Positions 1 through 12,316 of a DNA stretch of 64,000 nucleotides are shown here, one piece after another. The notes under the pieces were generated by a model. It was not told the origin of the DNA, ran no database searches, and saw nothing but the letters and a program-made list of their open reading frames with translations. The position numbers and the translations under genes are program-made. The stretch is from assembly GCF_006345805.1 (NCBI RefSeq), contig NC_043015.1, forward strand, positions 50,406,001 to 50,470,000, written 5' to 3'. Each line of letters starts with the position of its first letter. The stretch's first letter is position 1. Origin of the DNA: Octopus sinensis (taxonomy: Eukaryota).

Positions 1-590
1 GATGAATTGCTGACAGAAGAACAAAGGCTTTGGTCGTTTACCCTGGGCTGATATTCAAGAATTTGCTCTTGCAATGGCACCACAGTTGGATATACCCCCC
101 AGAGATATTCAAAGCATCATCTCATTGGTTGGATAACTTCCTTTGGCAATATGAGCTCTCTCTAAGATCGACAAAACTATTTAGGCTGGAGGATTCTGAA
201 GTGATTCAACGTACACTTGCATTCAAGTCCTTCATTGATGGAACCGACTTTTCTAAATACAATCTTTCCAATATAATTGCTATGGATGAGACCACAGTAT
301 TTATGGGCCAAGGATCTAAAACAACAATTGAACAGACAGGTGCCTCGTCAATCTATGTTGCTTCAACGGATTACGAATGTGCAAGATGTACTTGCATTTT
401 AGCAATTCGTCTTGATGGAACAAAAGTCCCACTGCTTATCACAAAGGGCAAAAAAAAAAAGAAACAAGAAAACAGAATGAGTTTTGGGCATTTATGTCTG
501 TCCTTAAAATGGAAAAGGCTTGGTGCACACAAACCGTTATAAGGAAATGGGTTGATTTAACTATACCACTTATTTTACATGGTTCAGAAA
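1..590 (+). mobile_element. pogo/Tigger-like DNA transposon, frameshifted transposase relic (CENP-B-type HTH plus DDE_1 start)
   Basis: Joined frames read DIQEFALAMAPQLDIPP/EIFKASSHWLDNF...NIIAMDETTVFM...RCTCILAIRLDGTKVPLLITKGK, then MEKAWCTQTVIRKWVD after a poly-A frameshift. FKASxxWL and MDET are pogo-family motifs. Truncated by the window edge. Confidence 0.85.
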
Positions 591-1375
591 AAGCAATGAA
601 GACAGCCCTTAGAATTTAAATTGATTAAAATTAATTAAAAATACATAAAGCAGTGAGGAGTGAGTTTTTTCTTTTATTATAATACAGAGATAACCATGAG
701 AATGTTTCAGCCCTGTGGAACCTCATCAGCAACACACAATCTAACTGTTATTGCAGTTTTTCTCATCCCTCTTATATGTATGTAATATAATTTTTCTGAA
801 TCTTCAGATTTTTCTATATGCTAGACCACTGGTTTTAAATTGATATTAATCAAATTAATATTCAATTTTTCACCCTTATTATTTTAAATTTAAGTTAAAA
901 TAACTATGTTCTCTAACCGGCAAAATTAACTGCAGAGAATTATTTTCTGCAGAATTATTTCCGGTATTTTGGTGCACCAAAGTGAAGACTTTTGAAATAT
1001 AACTCCAAATGTAATTGGTAGAACTATATACATGTTCAATCTCATGCGGACGTCTCTTGTATAGTTCTGCATATTATATTTTGCTATGACGATCACATTG
1101 CCGAGCTGCAGATATCTATGTAAGTGATTACATAAGTGGTAACAACGAAAGTAGTTTGTGATTAATCTATATATTTTGTATCTTTTCATTTGTCTTGCTC
1201 GCTTACGTTTTGGCGTTCGCTATATTTTCTTGAGAACATTCCTTTCTTAGTGGTAAGACAATAGAGGGTCAACTTCTAGCATAATGAACGTCTACTTAGT
1301 GGTCATTCTCCCTTATATGCATGTTATATATATATATTATATATATATATATAATATATATATAATATATATATC

Positions 1376-1521
1376 TTTGTTTTATCTGTGTACCTTTCTG
1401 TAGAAGAGCGAAGGCTCGAAACGTAAAAGACTTTTTCTATTCCTGAGCATTATACAAATACATCTGTTTGTTTTGTACACCACCTGTCTTCGTCTTTTGT
1501 TGTTTTTTCGTAAACTCTCCC
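1376..1521 (+). mobile_element. Short dispersed repeat in (TA)n carrying a hammerhead-like motif; probable Penelope-like pLTR fragment
   Basis: 1414-1521 recurs inverted at 57011-57114, and both copies are flanked by (TA)n. Motif CTTT-CTGTAGA-A-GAGC(GAAG)GCTC-GAAA-CGTA-AAAG at 1394-1429. Confidence 0.5.
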
Positions 1522-1554
1522 TATATATATATTATATATACTATATATATATAA

Positions 1555-1615
<61 letters not shown>

Positions 1616-2905
1616 TAGATAGATAGATATGAATGTGTGTGTATATGTGAGTGAGAGAACTAGAGAGATAGAGATAGAGATAGATAGATAGATAGATAGA
1701 GATAGAGAGAGAGAGAGAGAGAAAGAGGGGAGTATAAACATTGGTGAGAAAATTAATAAACTGGTGTTTTTGGACAGAAAAGGCCTTGTATGGTTTTTTC
1801 TGTGTTTTGACACGCACCCATGTGATTTCCCACATAATATAACCTGTGGTAATGATTGGTCGATTGGGTTGGGGGAGGAGAAGACGTCTGTGACCTATGA
1901 TGTTATTGATTACAATAATGTTATTGATCACAAACTGTAATATGAAAGAAAACAGATAAAATAATGGACGTTTTTGATTGAAACGAAAACAAAATATGTT
2001 CTGTTTCAATTTAATTTAAATTGATAGAAAAGCCAGGAGGGAATGCCAAAAATTGATTCCATCAACAGATCATAGAATATGGTAAATTCTTTGAGGGACA
2101 GCCAAAGAAGAGGCCATAATGTGGCCACTCCAGTTACTAGATATAGCAGCCAAATCTCTTTTATATCACAATGTATCATCATAAAAATAGCAAGAACACA
2201 ACAAATAATATCAACTTAGATACACTATGTCAACAGAAAATAAGATTGGGTGGTCACAAATGGAACAACTTTGATCAAAGGTTTGTTCAATTAAAGCTGG
2301 CAGGGAACTTAACAACAGGGATTGAATAATCTGGATCCCAGAATATTGTAGAACAGAGGAATTTCTTAAGATATACAGATCTACATGTTGTTATTGGTGT
2401 TATTCTAGTATAAGTCCAAACTAGTAATACCAACACCAAAAATAACTGGTGACAACATTTCTACCCCTCGTACCAGAGGAACCATCACAGCCAAGAGCAC
2501 AACCCTATAACAAGTACCGATAATGTTGCTACCATTCCTATTAACATCAACACTGCCCAATCAAAATACCACCACTACTCTAACAATAACTCCACCAGTA
2601 CTATCACACCAAGACTAACCAATATCAGGAATTAAATTATCTCCCCTTTTCTTTGTGTGTTGCTCATGAATGCCACTAGGTTTTTATTTTCTTTCTCTAA
2701 GAAAAAAAATTTCCATCCATTAAGAATATTTGTGTGTGTGTGTGCTCGCCATTTCCTAGATCTATACCGTATGTAATTGACTGATTTAAATAGTATATCA
2801 ATCAATGTAGCATTGATTTAAATAGTGTATCAGATATCAATATTTAACATATTCTATTATGGCTGTCATAGCTAGAACTCTTTGAAGTCTCCGCAATAAT
2901 AATTA

Positions 2906-2924
2906 TTATTTCAATAACAACAAC

Positions 2925-2973
<49 letters not shown>

Positions 2974-3110
2974 TAAGAAGAAGAAGAAGAAGAAGAAGAA
3001 GAAAAGAAAAAGAAGAATGATAATAATAAATAAGAACATCAAGAATAATAACAATAAAAAGAATTATTCTAGTAGTAGTAGTAGTACTACTACTACTACT
3101 ACTACTACTA

Positions 3111-3162
<52 letters not shown>

Positions 3163-3188
3163 TAATGGTAATAATAATAATAATAATA

Positions 3189-3221
<33 letters not shown>

Positions 3222-3285
3222 TGATGATGATCATCATCATGATGATCATGATGATCATGGTAACAAAAACAACAACAACAACAAC
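2906..3285. repeat. Compound trinucleotide microsatellite (AAT/AAG/AGT/ACT/GAT/AAC)
   Basis: Direct reading of the sequence; explains the poly-L/I/Y ORFs. Confidence 0.95.
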
Positions 3286-4730
3286 AATATCTAGGAGTAT
3301 TACAGTCTGACTGAGTACTAACTATAGAAATGAAAGAGAAAATTAAGGAGTACATCAGAAAGGTGAAGAAGTTAATGAAGTCAAACCTAAATGGTCTGAA
3401 TCTAGTGAAGGCTGTAAATACTTGGACAGGGTTGATAATTAGATATACAACAGCTTTTGTAAATCTATACAGAAGAACTAGGAATTCAATATGAATGGGG
3501 GACTCCTTCCTAGAGTAGGAGCAGCAAGATTGGATTTAACTAGAAAGGAAGGTGGTAGAGGTTTATTATTAGTAGAAGATTATGTGGAGTTAGCACAAGT
3601 GGATATAGCCTCCTATGACGGTTATACTGAAGAAATTTTATTAAGAGCTGCTAATATAACAGTAAAATATAGGGAAATAAAAAAGCCAAAAATAAGAAGC
3701 AAGTTTATCTGACTGGCAAGAGAAGGCTTTGCAAAGTAGATTTCCAAAGAGACTTGCAGAAAATAGCAATACTGAGACATAGTTGTGGTTGCCGAAAGGA
3801 AGGCTGGAAAGGGCAACAAAATGTTTGTTAGTAGCAGCACAAGTTCAGATATTAAGGACTAACCGGATAAAAGCCAAGATAAACAAAAATCAGGTAGATT
3901 CCCAGTATAGGTTATGGAAATTAAAAAAGAAAATGTTACTCATGTAGTTAATGAATGTAGTATGCTGGCAAAGAAAGAATACAACTTAAGAGAGGACAAT
4001 CCACTGGGAGTTATATACAGAGTTAGGATTTAACCATACTGATAAGTGGCATGAATATAAATCTAGTAAAATGCTAGAAGGTAAGAAAGGAAGGCTGAAA
4101 AGAGCAACAGAAAGTTTGTTAGTAGCAGCACAAGATCAGATATTAAGGACTAACTGGACAAAAGCTAAGATAAACAAAAATCAGGTAGATTCCCAGTATA
4201 GGTTATGGAAATTAAAAAAGAAAATGTTACTCATGTAGTTAATGAATGTAGTATGCTGGCACAGAAGGAATACAAGAAAAGACATGACAACTTAAGAGAG
4301 GACAATCCACTGGGAGTTATATACAGAGCTAGGATTTAACCATACTGATAAGTGGCGTGAATATAAATCTAGTAAAGTGCTAGAAAGTAAGAAATATAAG
4401 ATGTGGGATTTTATCATTCAGACTGAAAGAGTAATAGAAGCTGGAAGGCCTGATTTAGTAGTAGAGACAAAGAAAATAGAAAATGACAGGTGATTGATTT
4501 TATAATTCCATATGATGAGAAAGTCAATGAGAGGCGGAGAGAAAATAGCAAAGTACCAGGATGTAACTATTGATAGAGAATGTAGGCATAAAACCTAGTT
4601 TAGTGCAGCTCCAAAAGAAAACAGTGTTATTAGGGGCAGCTAGGATACTTAAGAAGGTTCTTGGAATCTAAGGTTATTTGTTATAGCCCGATGCTAGGAA
4701 TTTTTTCCAACAGTTTAATCTGTTGAAATA
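3286..4730 (+). mobile_element. 5'-truncated R4/Dong-clade-like non-LTR retrotransposon relic (RT end, CCHC knuckle, restriction-like endonuclease)
   Basis: Degenerate frames: YLGVLQ...KSNLNGLNLVKAVNTW...RKEGGRGLL...AAQDQILRTN...YRLW..KENVTHVVNEC...MWDFIIQTERVIEAGRPDLVV...VIDFIIPYD...LLGAARILKKVL. Many stops, with microsatellite on both flanks. Confidence 0.85.
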
Positions 4731-5070
4731 ATGATAACAACAACAACAACCACCATCACCATCATTATAATCATCATCATCCTCATTATCATCCTTAACA
4801 CTATCATCATTTCTGTAACCAATGTCATCTTCAGCAATAACACCACTCCTCTCTTCATCCTCAATATCACCAGAATTGCTATCAAAGACCCATTCATCAA
4901 CCACCACCACCACCACCAACGACAACAACAACTTCAACAATGCAACAAGGCCAATACATGATTGCTTGACCAGCAAGAAGTAGTACTCAAATCCCCTACC
5001 CACCCATATTAGACCCTTTGTCTTGAAAATGAAAGGACATATTTGGCTAAGTAGTCTTATATATATATAA

Positions 5071-5477
5071 GGCGTAGGAGTGGCTGTGTGGTAAGTAGCT
5101 TGCTTACCAACCACATGATTCCGGGTTCAGGCCCATTGTGTGGTACCATGGGCAAGTGTCTTTTACTATAGCCTTGGACCGACCAAAGCCTTGTGAGTGG
5201 ATTTGGTAGATGGAAACTGAAAGAAGCCCGTCGTATATATGTATATATATGTGTGTGTGTGTGTGTGTTTGTGTGTCTGTGTTTGTCCCCCCAACATCGC
5301 TTGACAACCAATGCTGGTGTGTTTACGTCCTCATAACTTAGTGGTTCGGCAAAAGAGACTGATAGAATAAGTACTAGGCTTACAAAGAATAAGTTCTGGG
5401 GTCGATTTGCTTGACTAAAGGCGGTGCTCCAGCATGGTCACAGTTGAATGACTGAAACAAGTAAAAGAGTAAAAGAG
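5071..5477 (+). mobile_element. Full-length tRNA-headed SINE, family A (internal TA/TG microsatellite, AAAAGAGT tail)
   Basis: A-box-like TGGCTGTGTGG and B-box-like GGTTCAGGCCC. More than 15 homologous whole or partial copies occur in the window. Confidence 0.9.
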
Positions 5478-5834
5478 TATATATATATATACAGATAGGA
5501 CGGTCATGGGTGGAAAGCCTTTGATTATAGGCTTTTACTCCATCAGGGTTTGATCTCTGGTTGAACAATTAGATTAACATCACCACCACCACAAACAACA
5601 ACAACATCAATACCATATGAAACAACAAGACAACCCCTACGTGGTTGCCATTCTGTTACAAATAGTAACCAAATCTCCCTCAAATCGCATGCTATAATCT
5701 TTGAAATAAAAAAAAAGAGAAAAAAGAGAAGGGACATATAGAGTAATGTTGTTGGCAATATATTAAAAAGGTGTGATGGTCACGGTTGGCATACTGTTGA
5801 TCATTTGCGCTGAAGCTAAACAATAATGTCATTA

Positions 5835-6420
5835 ATACCACAACCACCACCACCACCACCACCATTTCTTGCTCATCCTCCTCCTCCTCGTCACTACCAC
5901 CATTATCCTCAATGGCATCATCATATCACCACACCACCACCACCCCACCACCACCACCACCACCACCACCATCCACCACCACCACCACCACCACCACCAC
6001 CACCACCTACACCACCACCACCATCACTACCATTTCTAGCTCCTTCCCTCATCACTACCACCATCGTCATCACCGCTACCGTTATCATCAATGGCATCAT
6101 CATATCACCACACCACCAACACCACCACCACCACCACCACCACCACCACCACCTACACCACCTACACCACCACCACCACCATCACCACCACCTACACCAC
6201 CATCACTACCATATCTAGCTCCTTCTCCTCATCACTACCACCATCACTACCATTTCTAGCTCCTTCTCCTCATCACTACCACCATCTTCATCACCACAAC
6301 CATTATCATCAGTGGCATCATCATATCACCACACCACCACCACCACCACCACCACTACCATTTCCAGGTTCTTGCTGCCGCCACCGCCACCACCACCACC
6401 ATCGGCACCATCATCAGTGC
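5835..6420. repeat. (CCA)n-based compound repeat with recurring non-triplet cassettes
   Basis: CCA runs interleaved with repeated cassettes CTACCAT(T/A)TCTAGCTCCTT and ATGGCATCATCATATCACCAC. Confidence 0.9.
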
Positions 6421-6732
6421 TGCCCTCTGTCAATAATTAGAAAGAATTTATAAATAGCGCCCACCTCCCCAACCATCCCCACTCCACATAATTATATCTT
6501 CACTGGAACGACTGCAAGACATCAAACACAAACATTCACAGATAATCTTTAGATTTATAAATAAATTCAACAATAGATATATCTCTGGCATCAATAATAC
6601 CGTTATTAAATTGCGAAACGACAACACAGATTCCACAGGTGAAGACTTAAAGACAACAACGCAAACTCAATTCCTGCGTTGAAATTTCTTCTGGTTACAG
6701 TGGTGCAGCTGTACTCTATTGTGGAATTGTCC

Positions 6733-6772
6733 AATAATAATAATAATAATAATGATAATAATAATAATAATG

Positions 6773-6807
<35 letters not shown>

Positions 6808-6809
6808 TG

Positions 6810-6896
<87 letters not shown>

Positions 6897-6934
6897 TGAT
6901 GATGATAATGATAATAATAATAATAATAATAATG

Positions 6935-6967
<33 letters not shown>

Positions 6968-7015
6968 TGATGATGATGATGATAATTGTAATAATGATGA
7001 TGATGACGATGATGT
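6733..7015. repeat. (AAT)n/(GAT)n microsatellite
   Basis: Direct reading of the sequence. Confidence 0.95.
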
Positions 7016-7129
7016 TTGAACGTCTAATTGAATAATCTAATTTTTATAAGAGAAAATGTCTTTAAAGACGATTTTTCATGCAAATCTTGACTTCAGATGT
7101 GAAAAGAAACGACAAAAAAAAAAAAATCT

Positions 7130-7168
7130 GCAGGCAGACAGGCAAGCAGACAAAGAGAGAGAGAAGGA

Positions 7169-7218
<50 letters not shown>

Positions 7219-7861
7219 TGGAGGTTGGGGGGGTAAGGTGGGAAGCGGAAGAGAGAATGATAGAATGAGGAGGGCAGCAGCAGACAGAAGTAAAAAAAAA
7301 AAAAAAAGAGAGCTGAAGAAAGAAGGAAAGAAAGGAAGGAAGAAGGAAGGAAGAAATAAGGAATGAAAGAGAGGCAGATATGAAGAGGGGGAAGATGATG
7401 ATTATAGGAAGCAGAAATAGAAATGAGGTAAGACAGAGAGAGAGAAAAATGAAAGGAAGGAGAGAGAAGATGAGAGAAATAGATGGAGAGGGGGGGAGAA
7501 AAAGAAAGAAATGATTGAAAGAGAGAGAGAGAGAAGTAATGGTTGGAAGAGAAAGAGAGAGATAGAAAGAGAAAGAGAGAGAGAGAAAGTAATGGTTGAA
7601 AGGGAAAGAGAGAGAGAAGAGAGAGAGAAAGAGAGAAAGTAATGGTTGAAAGGGAAAGAGACAGAGAGAGAGAGAAAGAAATGGTTGAAGGAGAGAGAGA
7701 GAGAGAGAGAGAGAGAAAAGAGAAATGGTTGAAAGAGAGAGAGAGAGAGAAATGGGAGAGAGAAAGAAGGGGAGAGAGAAAGGATGGGGAGAGAGATAAT
7801 GCTGCAGAGATGGTGATAAATAAAGACAGGGATAAAGAGAGAACTAGAGATATATAAAGAG

Positions 7862-7899
<38 letters not shown>

Positions 7900-8185
7900 A
7901 GAATAAAAAAAATAGAGATGGGGAGAGAGAGAGGATGGGAGGGAGAAGGAGAGAGGAGAGAGGGAAAAGTGAGATACAAGTAAAACTGGATATAGAGAGA
8001 TGAGAGAGACAAAGACAGAGAGAGAAAGAGAGATAAAGAAAGAGAGATGAAGAAAGGGCGAGAGAGATAATGAAAGAGAGATGAAGAGAGAAAGAGAGAA
8101 AGAATAAGAGACTGATTTAAAATATTGAGAGATGAAGAGAGAGGGAGAGAGAGCAGGAGAGAAAGAGAGAGACTAAGAGACTGAT
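7130..8185. repeat. ~1 kb polypurine (GA-rich) tract
   Basis: The plus strand is almost all A/G; explains the poly-SL ORF 7062-8213. Confidence 0.95.
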
Positions 8186-8939
8186 TTAAAATGTTTCTGC
8201 TAAATGTTGCCATTTTCTCGCTACCCTCAATAAAAATTTTTTTCTTCGGTTTCCTAAAAATGTAGATGTAAATCGTGACATTACATTTAACTTTAACAAG
8301 TTGAAAATATTCAAGAACATTTCAAGAAAAATTTTCAAACATGCCATTTTTTTTTATAAGACAAAAAAACAAAGAAAAAAAACCAAATAAAATTGAAGCA
8401 AAACAAACAAAATTTTAAAAATATAGAAATAAAAACGATTCAAAAAAAGACCAATCCTAAACTTGGAATGTGAAAGTAAGCTAAGAAAATATAAATGCAA
8501 AAAAAAAATCGAAGAATTTCTCCCTCAGGAAGCAACTAGTAACTAGTATGTCGTTTGTATTTATGTACCAATGCTGTGGTCACATGGGTGAATGGTTAAG
8601 AAGTTTGCTTAGCAATCAAACAGTTACAGGTTCAATAACACTCCCTGTATGTCATGTCATATTGGTTGAATGTCTTTCTTTCATGTTAGTATTGAGTTGA
8701 TCCAAATCTTGGGAGTGATGGAAGCTTGTCAGATGGATAGTAGCAGTAATTACCAAAGGGATGGCCTTAGCGCACGCTGCCATGCTGATCCAATTTAAGA
8801 ATTACATGAAGGCTACATGTACATGAGGAATACCGTGTGCAGACAGGATGCTGAAAGCACTTTTGACAAAGAACAAGAAGCTGAACAGACACAGTACTGA
8901 ACAGACACAATACTGAATGGACAGAAAGCCAAATGGACA

Positions 8940-8980
<41 letters not shown>

Positions 8981-8984
8981 TCCT

Positions 8985-9330
8985 ACCTACAGAGCAGCCA
9001 ACTGGCTTCCGTACCCGTGGCACGTACAAGGGCACCATTCGAGCATGATCGTTACCAATGTCGCTTCACTGGCACCTGTGCCGGTGGGACGTGTAAAAAG
9101 ATTTGAGCAAGGTCATTGCCAGTACTGCCTGACTGGCCCCCGTGCCGGTGGCATGTAAAAATCACCCACTACACTCTCGGAGTGGTTGGCGTTAGGAAGG
9201 GCATCCAGCTGTAGAAACTCTGCCAGATCAAGATTGGAGCCTGGTGCAGCCATCAGGCTTGCCAGTCCTCAGTCAAAATCGTCCAACCCATGCTAGCATG
9301 GAAAGCGGACGTTAAATGATGATGATGAAT
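8985..9330 (+). mobile_element. RTE-tail non-autonomous repeat, family C (shares the RTE 3'UTR and (GAT)n tail)
   Basis: The 3' part ...GGCATCCAGCTGTAGAAAC...CCCATGCTAGCATGGAAAGCGGACGTTAAATGATGAT matches the RTE 3' end at 40730-40925. Other copies lie near 14165, 31340, 33200, 43495, 51165, 52130, 52800, 57375 and 63150. Confidence 0.8.
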
Positions 9331-9574
9331 GATGATAGTTTAATGGCCATATTAGTCTGTCAAATGGTCATATTGTAGGATTAAAACAATTATCATATCT
9401 TTTAATTTTTGTATGTCTTTTTGGCATCTTGTCTATTCAGCTTTATGCCCGTTTGGCATTCTGTCTGTTCGGCTTCAGCAAAAGTGCAATCAGCATCCCA
9501 TCCATGTACCAGGAATACATACACAGCCACACTAATTCAGATGATCAAGGAACTAAATCCTCATCACTGGAATT

Positions 9575-10345
9575 GGTAGAAAGTCGGTGAACTGGTGGAA
9601 TCATTAACACACCAGGTGAAATGCTTATAGGTATTTCGTCTGTCTTTACATTCTGAGTTCAAACTCTGTTGAGGTTGACTTTGCCTTTCATCCCTTTCAG
9701 GGTCGATAAATTAAGTACTTGTTGCATACTGGGGTCGATGTAATCGACTTAATCCCTTTGTCTGTCCTTGTTTGTCCATTCTGTGTTTTGCCCCTTGTGG
9801 GTAGTAAGGAAATAGGTATTTCGCCTGTCTTTATGTTCAAAGTTCAAATTCCGCCGAGGTCGACTTTGCCTTTTATCCCTTTCGGGGTCGATAAATTAAG
9901 TACTAGTTGCATACTGGGGTCGATGTAATCGACTTAATCCCTTTGTCTGTCCTTGTTTGTCCACTCTATGTTTAGCCCCTTGTGGGTAGTAAAGAAATAG
10001 GTATTTCACCTGTCTTTACATTTTGAGTTCAAATTCTGCCGAGGTCAACTTTGCCTTTTATCCCTTTTGGGGTCGATAAATTAAGTACTAGTGGCATACT
10101 GGGGTCGATGTAATCGACTTAATCCCTTTGTCTGTCCTTGTTTGTCCACTCTATGTTTAGCCCCTTGTGGGTAGTAAAGAAATAGGTATTTCACCTGTCT
10201 TTACATTCTGAGTTCAAATTCCGCCGAGGTCAACTTTGCCTTTTATCCCTTTCGGGGTCAATAAATTAAGTACTAGTTGCGTACTGGAGTTGATCTAATA
10301 GACTGGGCCCCTCCCCCAAAATTTCGGGCCTTGTTCCAAAACTAG
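9575..10345 (+). mobile_element. SINE family B with a 185-bp internal unit tandemly repeated ~4 times
   Basis: TAGGTATTTC recurs at 9628, 9813, 9998 and 10183. The core CTTTGCCTTTCATCCYTTCGGGGTCGATAAATTAAGTAC resembles, from memory, the Deu/Nin SINE domain. Confidence 0.9.
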
Positions 10346-10760
10346 AAAAGAATATATTCACATGACTAAGAATGTTTGTGCAGAATATTGGAAATGAACG
10401 ACATTTATCTACAGACATCCACACAATGGAGATACAAACATACACACGTATGGCAGGCTGTCTTTCAATCCACTTTGGCCAGCCCAGGGCTATATTAGAA
10501 GACACTTGCCTAAGGTGCCATGCATTGAGACTGAACCTGGAACCATGTGGTTGAGAAGAAAGCTTCTTAACCATACAACTATATTTGCACCTCAGGCACA
10601 CATACACACAGATCAATGTATATGTGTATATATACATATGTATTTTTATATCAATAAGTATATGTAACATATGTATATATAAATATATATAAATGTACAT
10701 ATATAATATATGTGTGTGTGTGTATATCTATATATATATATATTATATAATATATATACA

Positions 10761-10791
<31 letters not shown>

Positions 10792-11697
10792 CATGTATGT
10801 ATATATATATAAATGTATATATATATAATATTATATGTATGTAATATAGGTGTGTGTGTGGGTGTGTGTGTGTGTCTGTTTGTGTGTGTGTGTATGTGTG
10901 TGTGTGTATTCACTATGCACACATAAACACATAGCCAGAATGCTTTTGATCATAGATTCGCACAAGAGGTTGGCCTAAACAATAAACTGTCTTTGGGAAA
11001 ACCATGAACATCACGAGTTATTTCTATACCCTCCTCGAGCTAATAAACATTGATCTTCCATTGATAAGTATCTCTAATCACAAAAGATCAACCAATTGAT
11101 TCTATTTACTATCGATTGTATTGATGTGTGGTGATATATTTATATAGTTTGTACATAATATAACAACATTTATCATTGGAAGTATCAGAGACCATAGAAG
11201 GAAGAACATAAATTCATTTGGAAGAAACTGAAATGGCAACAAATATAGAATGTACAGACAGCCAATGTTACCATTTTTGATACTATTCAGGTTTTTCATT
11301 TATTTTTGCCAGCCAACGCTAATAATGGTTTCAAATTTTGGCACAAGGCTACTAAGTTCTGGGGGAGGGAGTAAGTTAATTAAATTGACCCCTTATTTTT
11401 TTGCCTTTGAGAAAACGAAAGGCAAAGTTCACCTTGGCAGAATTTGAATTCAGAAGTTTAGGATGGACAAAATGCTGCTGAGCATTTTGCCCCATCGTGC
11501 TAATGATTCTACTAGCTTGCCACCTTAGTAATGATAATGATTATTATTATTATTATTATTATTCAGTAGTTTTATTTTTATAGCGTGCTTTCACTTCACT
11601 ACCGAGCGCAGCTCTGTGTGCCTTGGGTATGTGCTGTGATTTGTTGTGATGCTCTGATGGTTATTGTATGGAAAGTGTTATTATGGTTAGTGTATGG

Positions 11698-11736
<39 letters not shown>

Positions 11737-11738
11737 TA

Positions 11739-11774
<36 letters not shown>

Positions 11775-11778
11775 TATT

Positions 11779-12316
11779 GAGTGAGAGAGCAGTGCATGCC
11801 ATCAAAGTGACACTGGGGTAAAATATACGAAGCCCAGTATACCCATCATGACTACCCATCTGATAAGGGTACACTAGGTACATGCATCACAACCGTATGT
11901 GCATGACATGGTGTTCTCATATCAAGATAAACAGTGCATGACCTTGCAGGTGAGGCCCAGTTAGAATTTTCTTCTGGTCCAGTAGCCCATCCTGCTCAGA
12001 AGGTCCCTGAATAAGGATTGTTTAAGGATGTTGACTGAAACACCCATGTTTCCAGAGGTGAATGATCCAAACCTCTAAGAATTCCTTTTAACACACAGCA
12101 ATGATACTCCTCCACTACTTCTGCTTGTGATCAGAGATGCACATATCTAAGGGATATGGTCAACTGGTTAAGGTCAGACAACTGACAAGCAAATCTGTGG
12201 TATTGAGCAGAATATTTGCTGTAGCCCATCTTTTATACCAAGACAAAACATTGTACATGATAACACTTCCAGTCAGTTAAGATCAGAAGCCATGAAAGCC
12301 ACTTCCTTGTACTGCA
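11779..12316 (-). mobile_element. ~540-bp (TAA)n-tailed retroposon, family D (unclassified)
   Basis: A closely similar copy at 63488-64000 and a 46-bp 3'-end fragment at 28191-28236; all abut (TAA)n. Confidence 0.8.

Noticed and set aside
1190-1240. Minus-strand CTCAAGA...GCGAACGCC-AAAACGTAA, a possible hammerhead relic
   Set aside because: Both boxes are mutated and the spacing is too long, so it cannot be supported without a consensus.
5071-5150. tRNA gene calls for SINE A/B heads
   Set aside because: A/B boxes are present but there is no complete cloverleaf, and the heads always continue into a SINE body.
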